Shown one piece after another: positions 26,841 through 38,541 of a stretch of 64,000 bases of DNA. This DNA is from Paraphysomonas bandaiensis (Eukaryota > Protista > Chrysophyceae). The position numbers were made by a program, and so were the translations under genes. Location of the stretch: assembly GCA_965644295.1 (NCBI GenBank), contig CBFFRP010000271.1, positions 62,001 to 126,000 on the forward strand. The letters are read 5' to 3'. The notes under the pieces are model-generated. The model worked only from the letters and a program-made list of their open reading frames with translations, ran no database searches and was not told where the DNA came from. Numbering within the stretch: the first letter of the stretch is position 1; each line of letters begins with the position of its first letter.

Positions 26841-28837
26841 ATGGGAAAAGGCAGGGGCAAAAAGACGAACCCACACTTGGAGAAAGTTCTCAACCTCGAG
26901 AAGATATTCGAGGGGGTGTACAGTGTGGACTATATACGGCAAGTTCTTAAAGATTGCAATTTTGATCAAGAGCAATGTATTACAGAGCTCGTTCGCATGC
27001 GTGATACCATTCAAGAGAGCCAGAATATTATTTCTGCTGAGACGTCGGAGGATATGATTATTGAACAGATATGTATGGAACTCGGGATGACCTCTGATAG
27101 GGATGTGGTGTATGCGGTGTTTCACGAATGCGGAAGAAACGCAGAAGAAGCGGTTCGTCATCTTAAAGAACTGTTTCCCATGGGTATTTTATATACTTGT
27201 TTCTTTCAGTTCTGATCATTGAATATCTAGAAACAGTGGGTGGATCACCTTCAGAACACTCGAGACCAGAGAAAAGTTCCCACGAGGGAGAAACCCAGGT
27301 AGAACAAACTCATGAAACTGGGTTATATACTGAATCGTGTGGTCTTGATCAGAACTCTTGTGAGGGTAAGTGACCTGCTATTTTATTTCTGAAGAATATG
27401 ATTATTTTTCTTCGGTAGATTTCGCCCTACCCCCTCCATGTACACTCCGCCGTCGCTCTGCCTCTACAAGCAGCAATAATGTATTTTCCTTTATGTCAGA
27501 GGACTTGGAGGTCAATGTAGACGGCTGTATAGCACATACTGGAGAATTTACATTGGAGGTCATTCGTGCTTCCCTTTGTGACCTTATTCCAGATGATATG
27601 ATTGACACCTTCCTTGCCTTCAATTACATTGACGAAAGAACCGACCAGGCACGCGCTGAATTTCTTCTGAGTCAGATTATGCTGGTAGTTGATGTGTGCA
27701 CGACTGAAGGGGAGAACGTATCACCTGCACTACTTAATGATATCATATCTCAGCGTGATTCCACAGGGGAGCCTATACGGTGGACAATATCTGGAGAAGG
27801 GATCACCTCTAGCCCATTTGACATGCTTTGCGGCAGTCTGTGTGATGGAGTTGACGAGGAGTATGCTCGTATATTGATGGAAGAGATTCAGTCTTCCAGG
27901 GATTTGAAGGATACTAGTCCAGTAGAAGTTATTCGTCAGTTTTTTATGTCGAACTGGGCGGTACAACCTTCTCTACTAACTGACGAAACCATATCTCAAG
28001 CTCTGGACATTACTAACTACGACACGGATGCTGCTATTGCACTATTGTGCGATCAGTGGAAGAGAACTCCGAAACACACTCTCCGCTCAGGTAGTGGAAA
28101 TAAACGCACACAGAAAGTCGGTATGTTTTGACTTCAACTCATTCTGCAAGACTAAGTTTATACATACAGTGTCCTACGCAAGTGTACTGAGGGACAACGT
28201 CCCATCAACCACTGGCACTGATGTGTGCCAAAATGATACACAAAGTCATAAAATACTTCAGCAAGAATGGAAGCCGGGTATAGTTGTGTCTGATCCTCAG
28301 AAAAAGATAAAGAAGTCTGAAAGTAGATTGCGACACGCTGAATTAGAGGCACACTGGAGAAGTATTCAGTTGTTAGAAAAGGAGACAATGCGAAGTGGGT
28401 TTACACTTGCAGCACACACACGGTCCAGACACAATGCACGTTCAGCACATGTCGCCCGTCATAACATGTATTGTGCCTCTTCGGAAGCATCCAAGCACGC
28501 CCTCCTAGCACGAAATGACCACATTTTGGTGGACACGAAAGGACAAAGTGTTGTTGTATTTAGTGGGTTTGTCGGGTATCCACACAGTGTTCCTCGCGAG
28601 AGCAAAGTGGATCTTCATGGTGTTGATGTCAGGAGCGCACTACAATTTGTTGACACTATTGTATTGTACTATCAGCGTTACAGTATCGGTGATTCCGTTG
28701 TGCACTTAGTAGTTGGAAAAGGAAACAATAGCGAAGGAGGTATAAGCAAACTTAAGCCTGCCCTTCATAATTATTTGAGAAGCAGAGGAATTAAAACAAT
28801 GACATCAGATGCATGCGTTTCCTTAGTTTTTAATTGA
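26841..28837 (+). CDS. CUE/UBA-like repeat plus Smr nuclease domain protein (Cue2/N4BP2-like), multi-exon
   Basis: C-terminal VDLHG...HLVVGKGNNS..SKLKPALHNYL Smr motif; N-terminal LEKIF..YIRQVLKDCNFDQEQCITEL CUE-like helices. Confidence 0.82.
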
Positions 28838-30284
28838 GCGCAACACCCGTGCGAAGATAGTTTAACCACGTCATGTAGCATTTTTGGATATATGTAGTGT
28901 ATTGTGTATGATGTATTGTGTACAGAGAAGAATGTAGAACGTATAATGATATAATGTGTTGCGAAAGAAAAAAATTCAATAGTTGAATGTAATAATAATA
29001 TATAAGGAAACGAGTATGTGGTGAATATCTGTTCAACATTGTCTTCTTTTCACATGGTAACCTTAACGTATTACTTCAATTCTGTCCTTTTCTTACTTTG
29101 GCTTCCTTATTCTAGTCGACTTGACACAACAAGATGATTTACTACTCTCTCGTGTATTCGAATCTGACATGAGTGGTCTGTGGTCTTACTAAACTTAGTT
29201 TAATTAACAGTTATGACAACTATTTGTCTTATCAATCACATAAATCATCAATATATCTATAATCTATACTCTAAACCGCATATATACACTAGATATTGAG
29301 CCCACATAACGTTAAGTTATGATCATTACTTTGTGTTCATTGAATAGTAAATTACTACTTTATTGCTAAGTACTTATCACTCACGATCCGTAATAAGCCC
29401 GACGAAGAGAGATAGACGCCCCTCTATATACACTCAGACATGAGAATTACTTTACAGAGTGCATAGTGGTTGAAATACTTTTTAATATGCAAAGCCCCAT
29501 GAGTAAAATTGAATTTCAGTGAGACCGATATTATGTTCAGCAAGTACCTAAGAGTCAGCTTACTTTCGCTATGTCCTCCCAATAGTCCTCCAGGAATGTG
29601 GCTGCTTAAGATCGTTTGCTGTGAGTGGTAAACACTGCTCAAGACTTGACAATGTGCGTGTAAAGGAAACGGCTTTCTTTAATGAGTACGTTCACTAGTA
29701 CCCTGACTGAGTGAGCTCCCTCTTCCCCTCCAGTTTATATACTGTCTGATACCCTCCGTGAGTTTGAAAGAAAGTTACAATTCCAGGACAGGGACACACT
29801 ACGCGAGTGCATTTTTATCGACACCAGTAAAGCTTTGCTGTTGGTTTACAATAACAGTGCATAGCTGCACAATGCAAACGATGACAACACGAATGTGTGT
29901 ATTGCATATCGTCTATTATATGATGATATACAATGTAATTAATTTCTTAGAAATTGATGTGTTCATGTTACATACTCCCGTTTTACAGAGAGTGATTTCG
30001 TCGTCCTTTTACATATCTCATCATTAGCAATAGAAATGGAGTATAAAAACTTTCGCTATGTAATGTCTGCATTGTTCAGGGAACTACCTACAATACATCG
30101 TGCTGGTCTTGCACAGCGTACAGCTTGTGGCTACAGTGAAGTTATATCAGCCTCATCAAGGACTAAATAAAACATCCCTTGCTCTTAATCTGCAGGTTAG
30201 ACCACAAAAAAAGCGAAGATTTTCTGCCTCTTCATCATGGTGATGCTACCGTATCGTAGTTTCAGTTTGGAGTAGAAAAACGAA

Positions 30285-30355
30285 TGCGCCGTTCGGGAAT
30301 CGAACCCGAAGCTAAACCTTGGAAGGGTTTCATGTTACCACTACACCAACGGCGC
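30285..30355 (-). tRNA. tRNA-Gly (anticodon UCC)
   Basis: GCGCCGTTGGTGTAGTGGTAACATG AAACC-CT-TCC-AA-GGTTT AGCTTCGGGTTCGATTCCCGAACGGCGCA. Confidence 0.95.
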
Positions 30356-30948
30356 CTTCTGATGATACAGGTACAGAAAATTACAATATATAAATGAACA
30401 AAAAATATGGTACATTTATTTATGGATAGACTTACCATTATGTCCACTTTACCATTTCTAGATTTCTAAAGTGAGTGTGTCGCCCAGTTTACGGCGCGAT
30501 ATCATTTGTATGTGTGTGTCTATGCTACAAACAGTACTTTAGGATTATTTTCACTGCACATCAGAGAGGAGGTCTCTGTGATGTTCACGAATCAGGATCG
30601 TATAGCTTCTCCTGAGAGATGTGCAGTAGAGATGTGGTACAAAGTTCAAATCATAGCGAAATTATATTATGTGTAGTTATGTAATTGGTAAAACAACTGA
30701 TACCAGCCAAAACCATCTTCACACGGTGTTTACCATGGTGACTACACAAATACTATATTCTACTTAGTATTGTCATATTCCGACAGTGTGTCCACAGAGT
30801 GTAGATTCGCTGGTACACTACATATAATACCAAAATTTTGCGCGGATTCTACGTAGTCGCAAACGGTATCTCTCGTGACCATGCATGACTCAGTATAAAC
30901 GTATAAACCTAGTATAGAGAATAGAGTACCCTAGTAAATGCTAACATA

Positions 30949-32466
30949 GGAATGCCAACTATATTGATTAATCGTAGAATATCGTGAAATATACACACAC
31001 TAATAAAACAGAATACTATAAAACAAGCAAGCAATGCTATATAGCTTCTCTTCTTTCAGTGTATGAAACTTCATAGCAAGATAACCTATGCATTCCGGGA
31101 TCTGGTTAGCATAGTAGCTGAATGGGGATGGTATCCACTCAATAAGGGTGAATGTAACATATCTCGGAGCGTGATAAACCAATAAAGCTTTATTTCTACT
31201 ATGTACTGTTGTATGTAGTATGTAGTGTATTGTTATAGTGCTATATCCATCCGTATGTTTCATCTACGTACTATAGTATGTATGAACAGAAATATATCGG
31301 TATGATATGGAATGAAAAAAAAATGATTAATTAATAATTGAGGTAACTTGGCATACATGGTAAATGGTGAATGATATTAAAATATTCTTGTAAGTAAGAA
31401 TTCAGCCATATGCAACACAGATATAATTGTCTGTGTTTGGATCGATTTGTCAAATAAATATATAATTCTGTACAATAATAAGATCACAATTCGTAGTATC
31501 CAAATAGCGATAATAGTTGGGTTCGATGTCTCACTTCGAGCGCATAGATCCAGAAGCATCCAGTAGGAACAGAAAGTCCACCGGGTTCTGTCTCAGTCCC
31601 ACGGTCTCACGGACACGGGCATACGCCGCCTGAGCACCTCCTGCGCGGCTGATCTGCCCGACATCAATGGAGACTCCCTGAACCACCTGCAGGGCGATGA
31701 GAGGCATGATCATATGCAGGGCACCTGCATCTCGAGCGGGCAGGTACATAGACCCACTTTGAGAGCAGAGTGACTTTAGCTGTGTTTCTTGACAGGCTGA
31801 TCCGAGCCCAATGACGAAACAGAAGTTGTTAGATGGTGCGTTGAATCTCTGTAGGATCTGGGCGGCATCTTTCAAAGTCTGCTTGCTGCCATTGTCACCA
31901 CCGTCAGTTAAAATCACCAGCACCCACGGTCGTGATCGGTCTGCAGTAGTGATGTGTTGCAAGACTGAGACCACAATAGAGTCCCAAAGATGAGTACCAC
32001 CGCTCTCTTTGTCGTTGGTCATTCTGCAGCATGCAGCAAGACCCATCATTGCCATATCCTCCGATTGTAGGGAGACAAGAGGCTTGTATTGAGTATGGAA
32101 CCCCACCACAGTACAGCGGTCCATTCTAGTCATCGTTGAATGGAGGAACTGAGCCATACTTTGAGCTGCCACGGCAATTCGAGAATCAGATGCCACGCCT
32201 AGGGCAGTCATCCCAGTGGTTCTTGTCACAGTAGTAGTTGCGGGAGTTTTCCTGGCTGGCGTATTGCCACATGTAGTTGATGATGAAGAGTTTCCCATTG
32301 CTTTGAGTTGTGTTTGTGGAGAAGAGTTATGTATGGAATGGACGGATGATTTGGATTTGCAGACAAAATCAGAAATGTCCGCATATTCTTCAAAAAAATA
32401 TCTTCATGGCGAGAATCTGCCGGCTGTACGACCGTAGTATACATTGTACACAGCAGTATTCCGTTG
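30949..32466 (-). repeat. Dispersed inverted ~1.5 kb copy of the vWA array unit
   Basis: Homology to the array unit covers the gene plus ~580 bp of 3' flank and ~170 bp of 5' flank. Confidence 0.9.
31531..32298 (-). CDS. Circularly permuted vWA-domain protein with N-myristoylation motif (dispersed copy, 255 aa)
   Basis: MGNSSS start; GGT, VILTDG and FVIGLG vWA motifs; VDFLFLLDASGSM at the C-terminus. Confidence 0.85.
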   Translation of the reverse strand: MGNSSSSTTCGNTPARKTPATTTVTRTTGMTALGVASDSRIAVAAQSMAQFLHSTMTRMDRCTVVGFHTQYKPLVSLQSEDMAMMGLAACCRMTNDKESGGTHLWDSIVVSVLQHITTADRSRPWVLVILTDGGDNGSKQTLKDAAQILQRFNAPSNNFCFVIGLGSACQETQLKSLCSQSGSMYLPARDAGALHMIMPLIALQVVQGVSIDVGQISRAGGAQAAYARVRETVGLRQNPVDFLFLLDASGSMRSK

Positions 32467-32597
32467 AGGAAATATCCCATCAATTCCTTCACGCACATAC
32501 ATACCCGCACAGCAAGTCATTCGTATCATTGTAATAATATAACATACACATCATCCTGTGCTCAGTATAACTCTAATTCCTTTTTGTTGAAACGTAA

Positions 32598-33587
32598 ATG
32601 GGTGAGCGAATAGCATTTTCAACTGATGGGTTTTCTGTGGTCGTTTGTCGTCATCCAAATGGAAAGTTTCTTGCTGTAAATGAGTGTCGAGGGAGAGGCT
32701 GGTGGCTCCCTGCTGGTCATGTAGATGCTGGACAGAATTTTGTACAAGCAGCCATAAGAGAGACTGAAGAAGAGGCTGGGATTAATATCATTCTAAAAGG
32801 CGTATTAGCTGTTGAGCATAGCCTCATGTCATCAAAGTCTGCTAGAATGAGAGTTATATTTTATGCAGAGCCGTCAGATCCTAACCAGGCCCCAAAGAGC
32901 ATACCTGATGAAGAGTCATTAGGTGCAGAGTGGTTGACACTGTCAGAATTAAAAGAAAAGGAAACTAAACGAGTTCCTCAAGGTCTTCGTGGAAAAGAAC
33001 TACTCAAATGGGGAACGTATGTTGCAAATGGAGGATTTATTGCCCCAATCAGTGTTGCAGAAAATGGACACTATGATGGGTTTTTCCGAATCGAGAATGA
33101 TGGCCCTAATGAGGCAGTTTGGAGTGTATTTCGACCTGTTAGTGATGTTGTAACAATTGCGACCACGCAACCGACGAATGTGTCAGAAACTGATGATGCT
33201 AGAACATTAAGAAAAAAATTGCTGCAAGAGGGAGTTAATGCTAACGCAGTATTATCTCACAAGCAGTGGACTGCGTTACACTATGCGGTTGAACAAAGTA
33301 GCATAGAAAAAGTCCGGATGCTACTTTTGGCAGGGGCTGACCCCAATGCCCCAACACATAATCTCCGTACACCTCTTCATTTTGCAGCAATACGGGGTAA
33401 TATCACGATAATTCGTATGTTATGTATCGCTGGTGCTAAACCTGATGTAGCTGACAGCAATGGGATGACCCCAGCAGTCTATATGCAACGAAAATTGCAA
33501 GAGGATGCAGATACACTATCTGAGGACGTAAGAAGAGGTTATGCACAGATAATGTCCCTGTTTCCGGATGGAAATTTACTAGTGTAG
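32598..33587 (+). CDS. Nudix hydrolase with C-terminal ankyrin repeats
   Basis: WWLPAGHVDAGQNFVQAAIRETEEEAG Nudix box; WTALHYA, RTPLHFAA and GMTP ankyrin motifs. Confidence 0.9.
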   Translation: MGERIAFSTDGFSVVVCRHPNGKFLAVNECRGRGWWLPAGHVDAGQNFVQAAIRETEEEAGINIILKGVLAVEHSLMSSKSARMRVIFYAEPSDPNQAPKSIPDEESLGAEWLTLSELKEKETKRVPQGLRGKELLKWGTYVANGGFIAPISVAENGHYDGFFRIENDGPNEAVWSVFRPVSDVVTIATTQPTNVSETDDARTLRKKLLQEGVNANAVLSHKQWTALHYAVEQSSIEKVRMLLLAGADPNAPTHNLRTPLHFAAIRGNITIIRMLCIAGAKPDVADSNGMTPAVYMQRKLQEDADTLSEDVRRGYAQIMSLFPDGNLLV

Positions 33588-34109
33588 AGTGAAATCTCGA
33601 AACACATATGCATATTTATAACTATGTAACAACCAGTTTAAGTAATAATAATATGGCATAATAAGGAAATAATGCCTACATATTTGTCACATATTGATAT
33701 ACTATTTTGTAGTTTGATGTATTTTATGATTTACGATGACTTCTTACTAAATGTTTTCTACAGCAATTACCAGTAGCTAAATGCCGTAATAATATTGTAA
33801 GGGTGAATGTATTACATTGCAATATATATTGTGATAAAGGTCACTGACATATATATGTATTGTTGATGAACGCTGGAGTCGAGCATATTTATGAAAAAAC
33901 AGTCTTTCGTTTGCTAAAAGATAAACTGCAGAGTTATTCGCAATATATCATTTACCATCCTGACTGAAATTAAACAACTTGATAAATAATTCTCTCTATT
34001 TTGTTTAAACCTGTTGTTGTTTCTACAGGACAGTCATATCACCACGGAGATGATATATAGCTCTATAGCACCCCGGAAAACGGTCGGTAAACTTAGAATT
34101 TAATCTTAG

Positions 34110-34320
34110 GATATGCAATAATATAATTGCCCAGTGTCCATAAATTACTCAAGTTAGTGAATGTCTTATTACTAGCAATAGGTGTATAAGAGTCAGAACT
34201 AATGTAGTAAAACAATATACTAACAAGTGCTTAACTATGATATCCTACTATATTTAGCGCTACAGCTGCTTGTGCGTCACCAAGGTAAATTAACACAATA
34301 TTTTAGCAAGAGCACCAACA
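34110..34320 (-). repeat. 3' fragment of R1
   Basis: Matches 17820-18010 and 23385-23520. Confidence 0.7.
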
Positions 34321-34689
34321 AATACTCTGCAGAAACTGTGGAAACGTAATCCTGATGTGACCCAAACCATGGGTGGACTGAGAGCCACTGCGCCACTGCT
34401 CCTATATTATTGGTATTGGATATTATATTATGCTATAAAGAAATAAATATTTTTAAGATATTGTGCCTCCTCAATTCTCCGAATAAATTCTAAAAATGTT
34501 CATAAAAATCTACAGCGACAGTGCGCATTCATAGTGGTAAAAATATTGGAGTTAGAAAATAGTACCTCAAATTGCATACTTAGCGAATGAAATTTCCTTG
34601 GCACTTTGGATGATAACAATCTTACTCCAGTACAGTTTCGAGAGCACAAAACGATGCAGCTCCGAAAATTCTGGTAGCTGACGGGCTTG

Positions 34690-34985
34690 GTGTCGGAGTG
34701 CTTGTGTGGTACAAGGGGCACTGATATAAGTGTCACATGTGTAAGACGTTTTTGGTATTTGGTCCTTGATTATGGAACTGGGCCTACCTCAAGGGCATTT
34801 AGGGTATTGGGCTGCTTGGTGAAGTCAAGCATCCGTGCTGTTCACTCTAAGAACTCAAAAATCCTGAAGTTAGCAGATGTCAGGTATATCAATATTCCGC
34901 TTGCTCACTGCGTTTGCTTTGAGTGATAGCGCGAAATTGGTTGCACCTTGTTGGTACTTGCGGTGACGCACAAGAGACTTTCGAA
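34690..34985 (+). repeat. Truncated internal copy of R1
   Basis: gcttgtgtggtacaagggg...gtattgggctgc...tgcaccttgttggtacttgcggtgacgcacaag matches 23490-23760 inverted. Confidence 0.8.
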
Positions 34986-34999
34986 GCGTTAGTTAATTT

Positions 35000-35160
35000 C
35001 AGGGATAGGGAAACATATATTACAATACTATTGTTAGATAGCGTTCCATCAATAGTATTGATGGAGTTTTTAAACCGGCCCTACAATACTATTACCATAT
35101 ATTAGTATGACTAATCAGTAAGTAAATACATCCGTAGTTTTTAGTAGTACTTGTCATTAT
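35000..35160 (-). mobile_element. Solo terminal fragment of hAT family 2, inverted next to the full element
   Basis: cagggatagggaaac...cgttccatcaatagtattgatggag is the reverse complement of ~35790-35985. Confidence 0.7.
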
Positions 35161-35189
35161 AAGGTCTAAGGTCACTTGATAATCAAACC

Positions 35190-35985
35190 CAGGGCTAGGA
35201 AACAATATATTGAATTGCAATACATTGTACAATATATTGCAATATATTGTAAAATATATTGATTGGTCGACCGGCCAAAAATCCCATCAATATTGACTGT
35301 TAAAGTATCTCACAATATATTGCAATATATTGCAATTAATATTATGATAGTCATATAAGAGAAGATTCCCAACTGTAGCGTGCAAAATGGATATAAATAA
35401 CAGAGAAATTGATTACAACTTTACAGAGGATGATGAAGCTGATGTTGACTATGCGACTAAAAATCTTCAGTCAGCTCAAAAAATTAAGAAACGTACTGAT
35501 CCACGAGTCATTAACGGTTACCAGGCCCTGGTATGTACTTCCAATACATGGGAGCGTCTGTTCAGCGCAGCTAAACATATTATATCAGTGTTTCGCTAAC
35601 GTATCCATCCTACTTAATATGTTGTTGTTTCTGAAAGCAATTCGACAGTTGTGGCCGAATACTAGCATATTTCAATATATTTTGTGGATGTATATGGCGA
35701 TGTTGACGTCACCGCTGATGGCTCAGAGGATGAGAACTAGGTGGATTTTTATTAGCTATAAGCAGTAGTTGGTTTGCTTGTCATGTGATCTTAATGACTA
35801 ATACTAAAAATGGAATCTACGGATGTGTTTACTTACTGATTACTCATACTAATTTATTGCAATACATTGACAATATATTGCAATATATTGTAATTGTATT
35901 GTTGAGCCTGTTTAAAATCTCCATCAATAGTATTGATGGAACGCTCTCTAACAATAGTATTGCAATATATTGTTTCCTAGCCCTG
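35190..35985 (+). mobile_element. Non-autonomous hAT element, family 2, with a dimerization-domain remnant
   Basis: TIR CAGGGCTAGGAAACAATATATTG, 8-bp TSD ATCAAACC, remnant CTSNTWERLFSAAKHII...LNMLLFLKA. Confidence 0.9.
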
Positions 35986-36515
35986 ATCAAACCCATTACT
36001 CTTAACTAATTAAAGTTTTCTCATACTCATCCTCTGAGTCATTTGTATAGTTACGATTTGTAGTCTGTTATTTCACCTAATTTGTAATTTAGGTGGCACC
36101 ACACATCACACTATCTATTATGAGCGATATTATCTAGTTAGTTATTGACACTACTCAACGAGAAAATACTGGAGCTGAACTGCTAACTAGGACAGATATT
36201 ACGATGTGCAAGTGAGATATACATCGGCCAACATAATCAAGCACGAATACTGTAAAACACATTGAAGTGATTTGCATTGTTAGCAGATTATCAAGCACAC
36301 GTTACACATAATGCCCAATATAGTACGCTGCGCTTCAGTATCTTTTCTCAACACGATTGTAAGGTGAACGCACCAAAACAAGTAATGAACACCACAACGA
36401 CACAAAAACAGCTCACATATCATGTTTCTGTTACGTATGTGGAAGTGATGGTGCGAAGTGGTGATAATATAGTAGCTTCGAAAAGTGGAAGCCAGAGTAA
36501 GACATCCATCTCTCA

Positions 36516-38022
36516 TCAGTATCCTTCCTGCTCTTCCCCTCCTGCTGTCAACCCCTGTATTACGACCAGTATATATATGAAATAAGTAAGTCAGACGAGA
36601 GTATCACATACATTTCCGCCGTGATATCCACCTGCCGCAAAGTTGCCGTTCTGTCCAGATGGGTAGTGGTGGGCCTAAAGGAAATACGGTATCAGAGATA
36701 TAGAGAGGGATTAACTCAACTACCAGGGAGACAACTGGTTGCGTGGGGTTGCGGGCCTTGTATTTCGTGTAATTGTTTCCTAGACCGAACAATTCTCCGC
36801 GGAACCTAAACGACAGCAGCGATAAGCAAAGCATCCCGGATAATATGCACATGTACCAAGTACACTATATCCTTCTAACAACAAAGTACGTACCTTTTTT
36901 CATCCCAGTTTTCACCCATGTGCTTCTGCACAAATGAGAAAAAGGTACTGGCAGTTAGCAAGGAGTCGCTACCAGCCTGATGCATCGGGCCTAATCTCTC
37001 CACCTGAAAAGGACATGTTCACACATGGAGTATACGCAGTTGAAGCACACGAATACAATAAAAACCAATTCCAGATAACATGTAACTAAACCATGTACCT
37101 GTAGCCCTTCGGCAAGAGCATTGAGCCCGCCATGCATACCCTCCACGGCAGTCATCATAAACTAAATGAGACCAGTCAGTTTGTACAAGAAATATATATA
37201 AAAGCAACGTATAAACGAGATCGGCTAGCACCTTGATGTCGTATATACACGGGAAGTATATGTACAGTAGCTCAATAAAGGCAGTTTCATCAGTGGGCAG
37301 ATCCTCGCAGGTGAGGGTCTTAAGGAGGTAACCGAAATCGTATCCCGAATGAAAGGATACCCACTTTACATCTTCGGTAAGGATAAGGCCAGACATCATC
37401 ATCAACTCGCCAAAGCGCGCTACATCAATGCCACATTCGGCGAATTTTTGGAAATCAATTCCGGAGGCTTTGAGGAGATCAATACTGTCTTGTGCAAACA
37501 TGTCGTCCCTGAAAGAAACAGAGCTTATATAATACGCAAAGAATAAACCAGAATTCACGTACGCTAAGGAAAATTTAAAGTTGAATTGCCAGCAAGAACA
37601 CCCAGGAGCAAAATTTCCTTTCTCGTCGGTGAAGGACAGACCAAGCTGGATTAATTTAAGCATGTCCACATTACACCGCAATGTCTACACATAATTTGTC
37701 AACCCCATTTTAGATCAAATACAGATTTAAAACCTGATACTGATAATCGTTAGCACCAAATTCACATATTGGCCGTGCGACAACGCCTGGAAACTCAGTG
37801 TCCTACAAAAGTAGAGTGTGAGACTAACAGCTCAACATGACTGCATATAACGTATCATACCATAGCGACATAAGGGTAATCCTCAATTATATTACGAATA
37901 TTTTCCATTTCTTCTTCTAGATTAGAAGCCCATACGTCGCGTATTTCAACGCTATGGCCATCTGCTGCGACAAAATGACCCAAGGCATCTACTGCCGGAG
38001 CTTCAGTCTTATCTTCTGTCAT
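36516..38022 (-). CDS. CAF1: CCR4-associated factor 1 deadenylase (CNOT7/8, POP2), multi-exon
   Basis: EIRDVWASNLEEEM, AM|DTEFPG, RCNVDMLKLIQLG, WVSFHSGYDFGYL, GPMHQAGSDSLLT; the last exons are approximate. Confidence 0.92.
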
Positions 38023-38541
38023 TACTCACGCATACCAAATGAAATAATGCTACGAGGGCTATAATCTATTAATTACAGGGAATTAAATGATTCCTTTCAC
38101 TTCAATTAACTACTTCTACACTGCACAGTGTTTGTTGATATGCGTCTTGTGGAAAGGGCTTCCTATAGGGTTGTTTGTAGTATAATTCCCGGGTATTTAC
38201 TATACACAGAGCCACACCAACACACATAAAGCAGAACATATATTTTTTCAAAACTGAAATCTGTGTTATCCATTAAAGATTCCACATCCCCAACAAACAG
38301 GAGGAGCAGCAGCTAGTACATTTTTTTTTTTGGCGGAAAAAAATAAAAAATGCTTGTATTTACATAAATTAGTTGACAACTGTATCCTTCCACTGTAGTG
38401 TGCTGTGTATATATATAGAGAGAGAGACGGATGTGTGCTTCCATAACGATCATATTGTACTAACACTATCTGTCGAATAGTCTTTCTTCGACATATATAT
38501 ATATATATCTGCATAGTATTTCTGAGTATTTCTTTCTTAAT

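Noticed and set aside
31377-31470. IIYLFDKS downstream of the vWA stop, resembling another DxS strand
   Set aside because: AT-rich, lacks the second Ser, and is stopped or frameshifted in array copies; probably chance.
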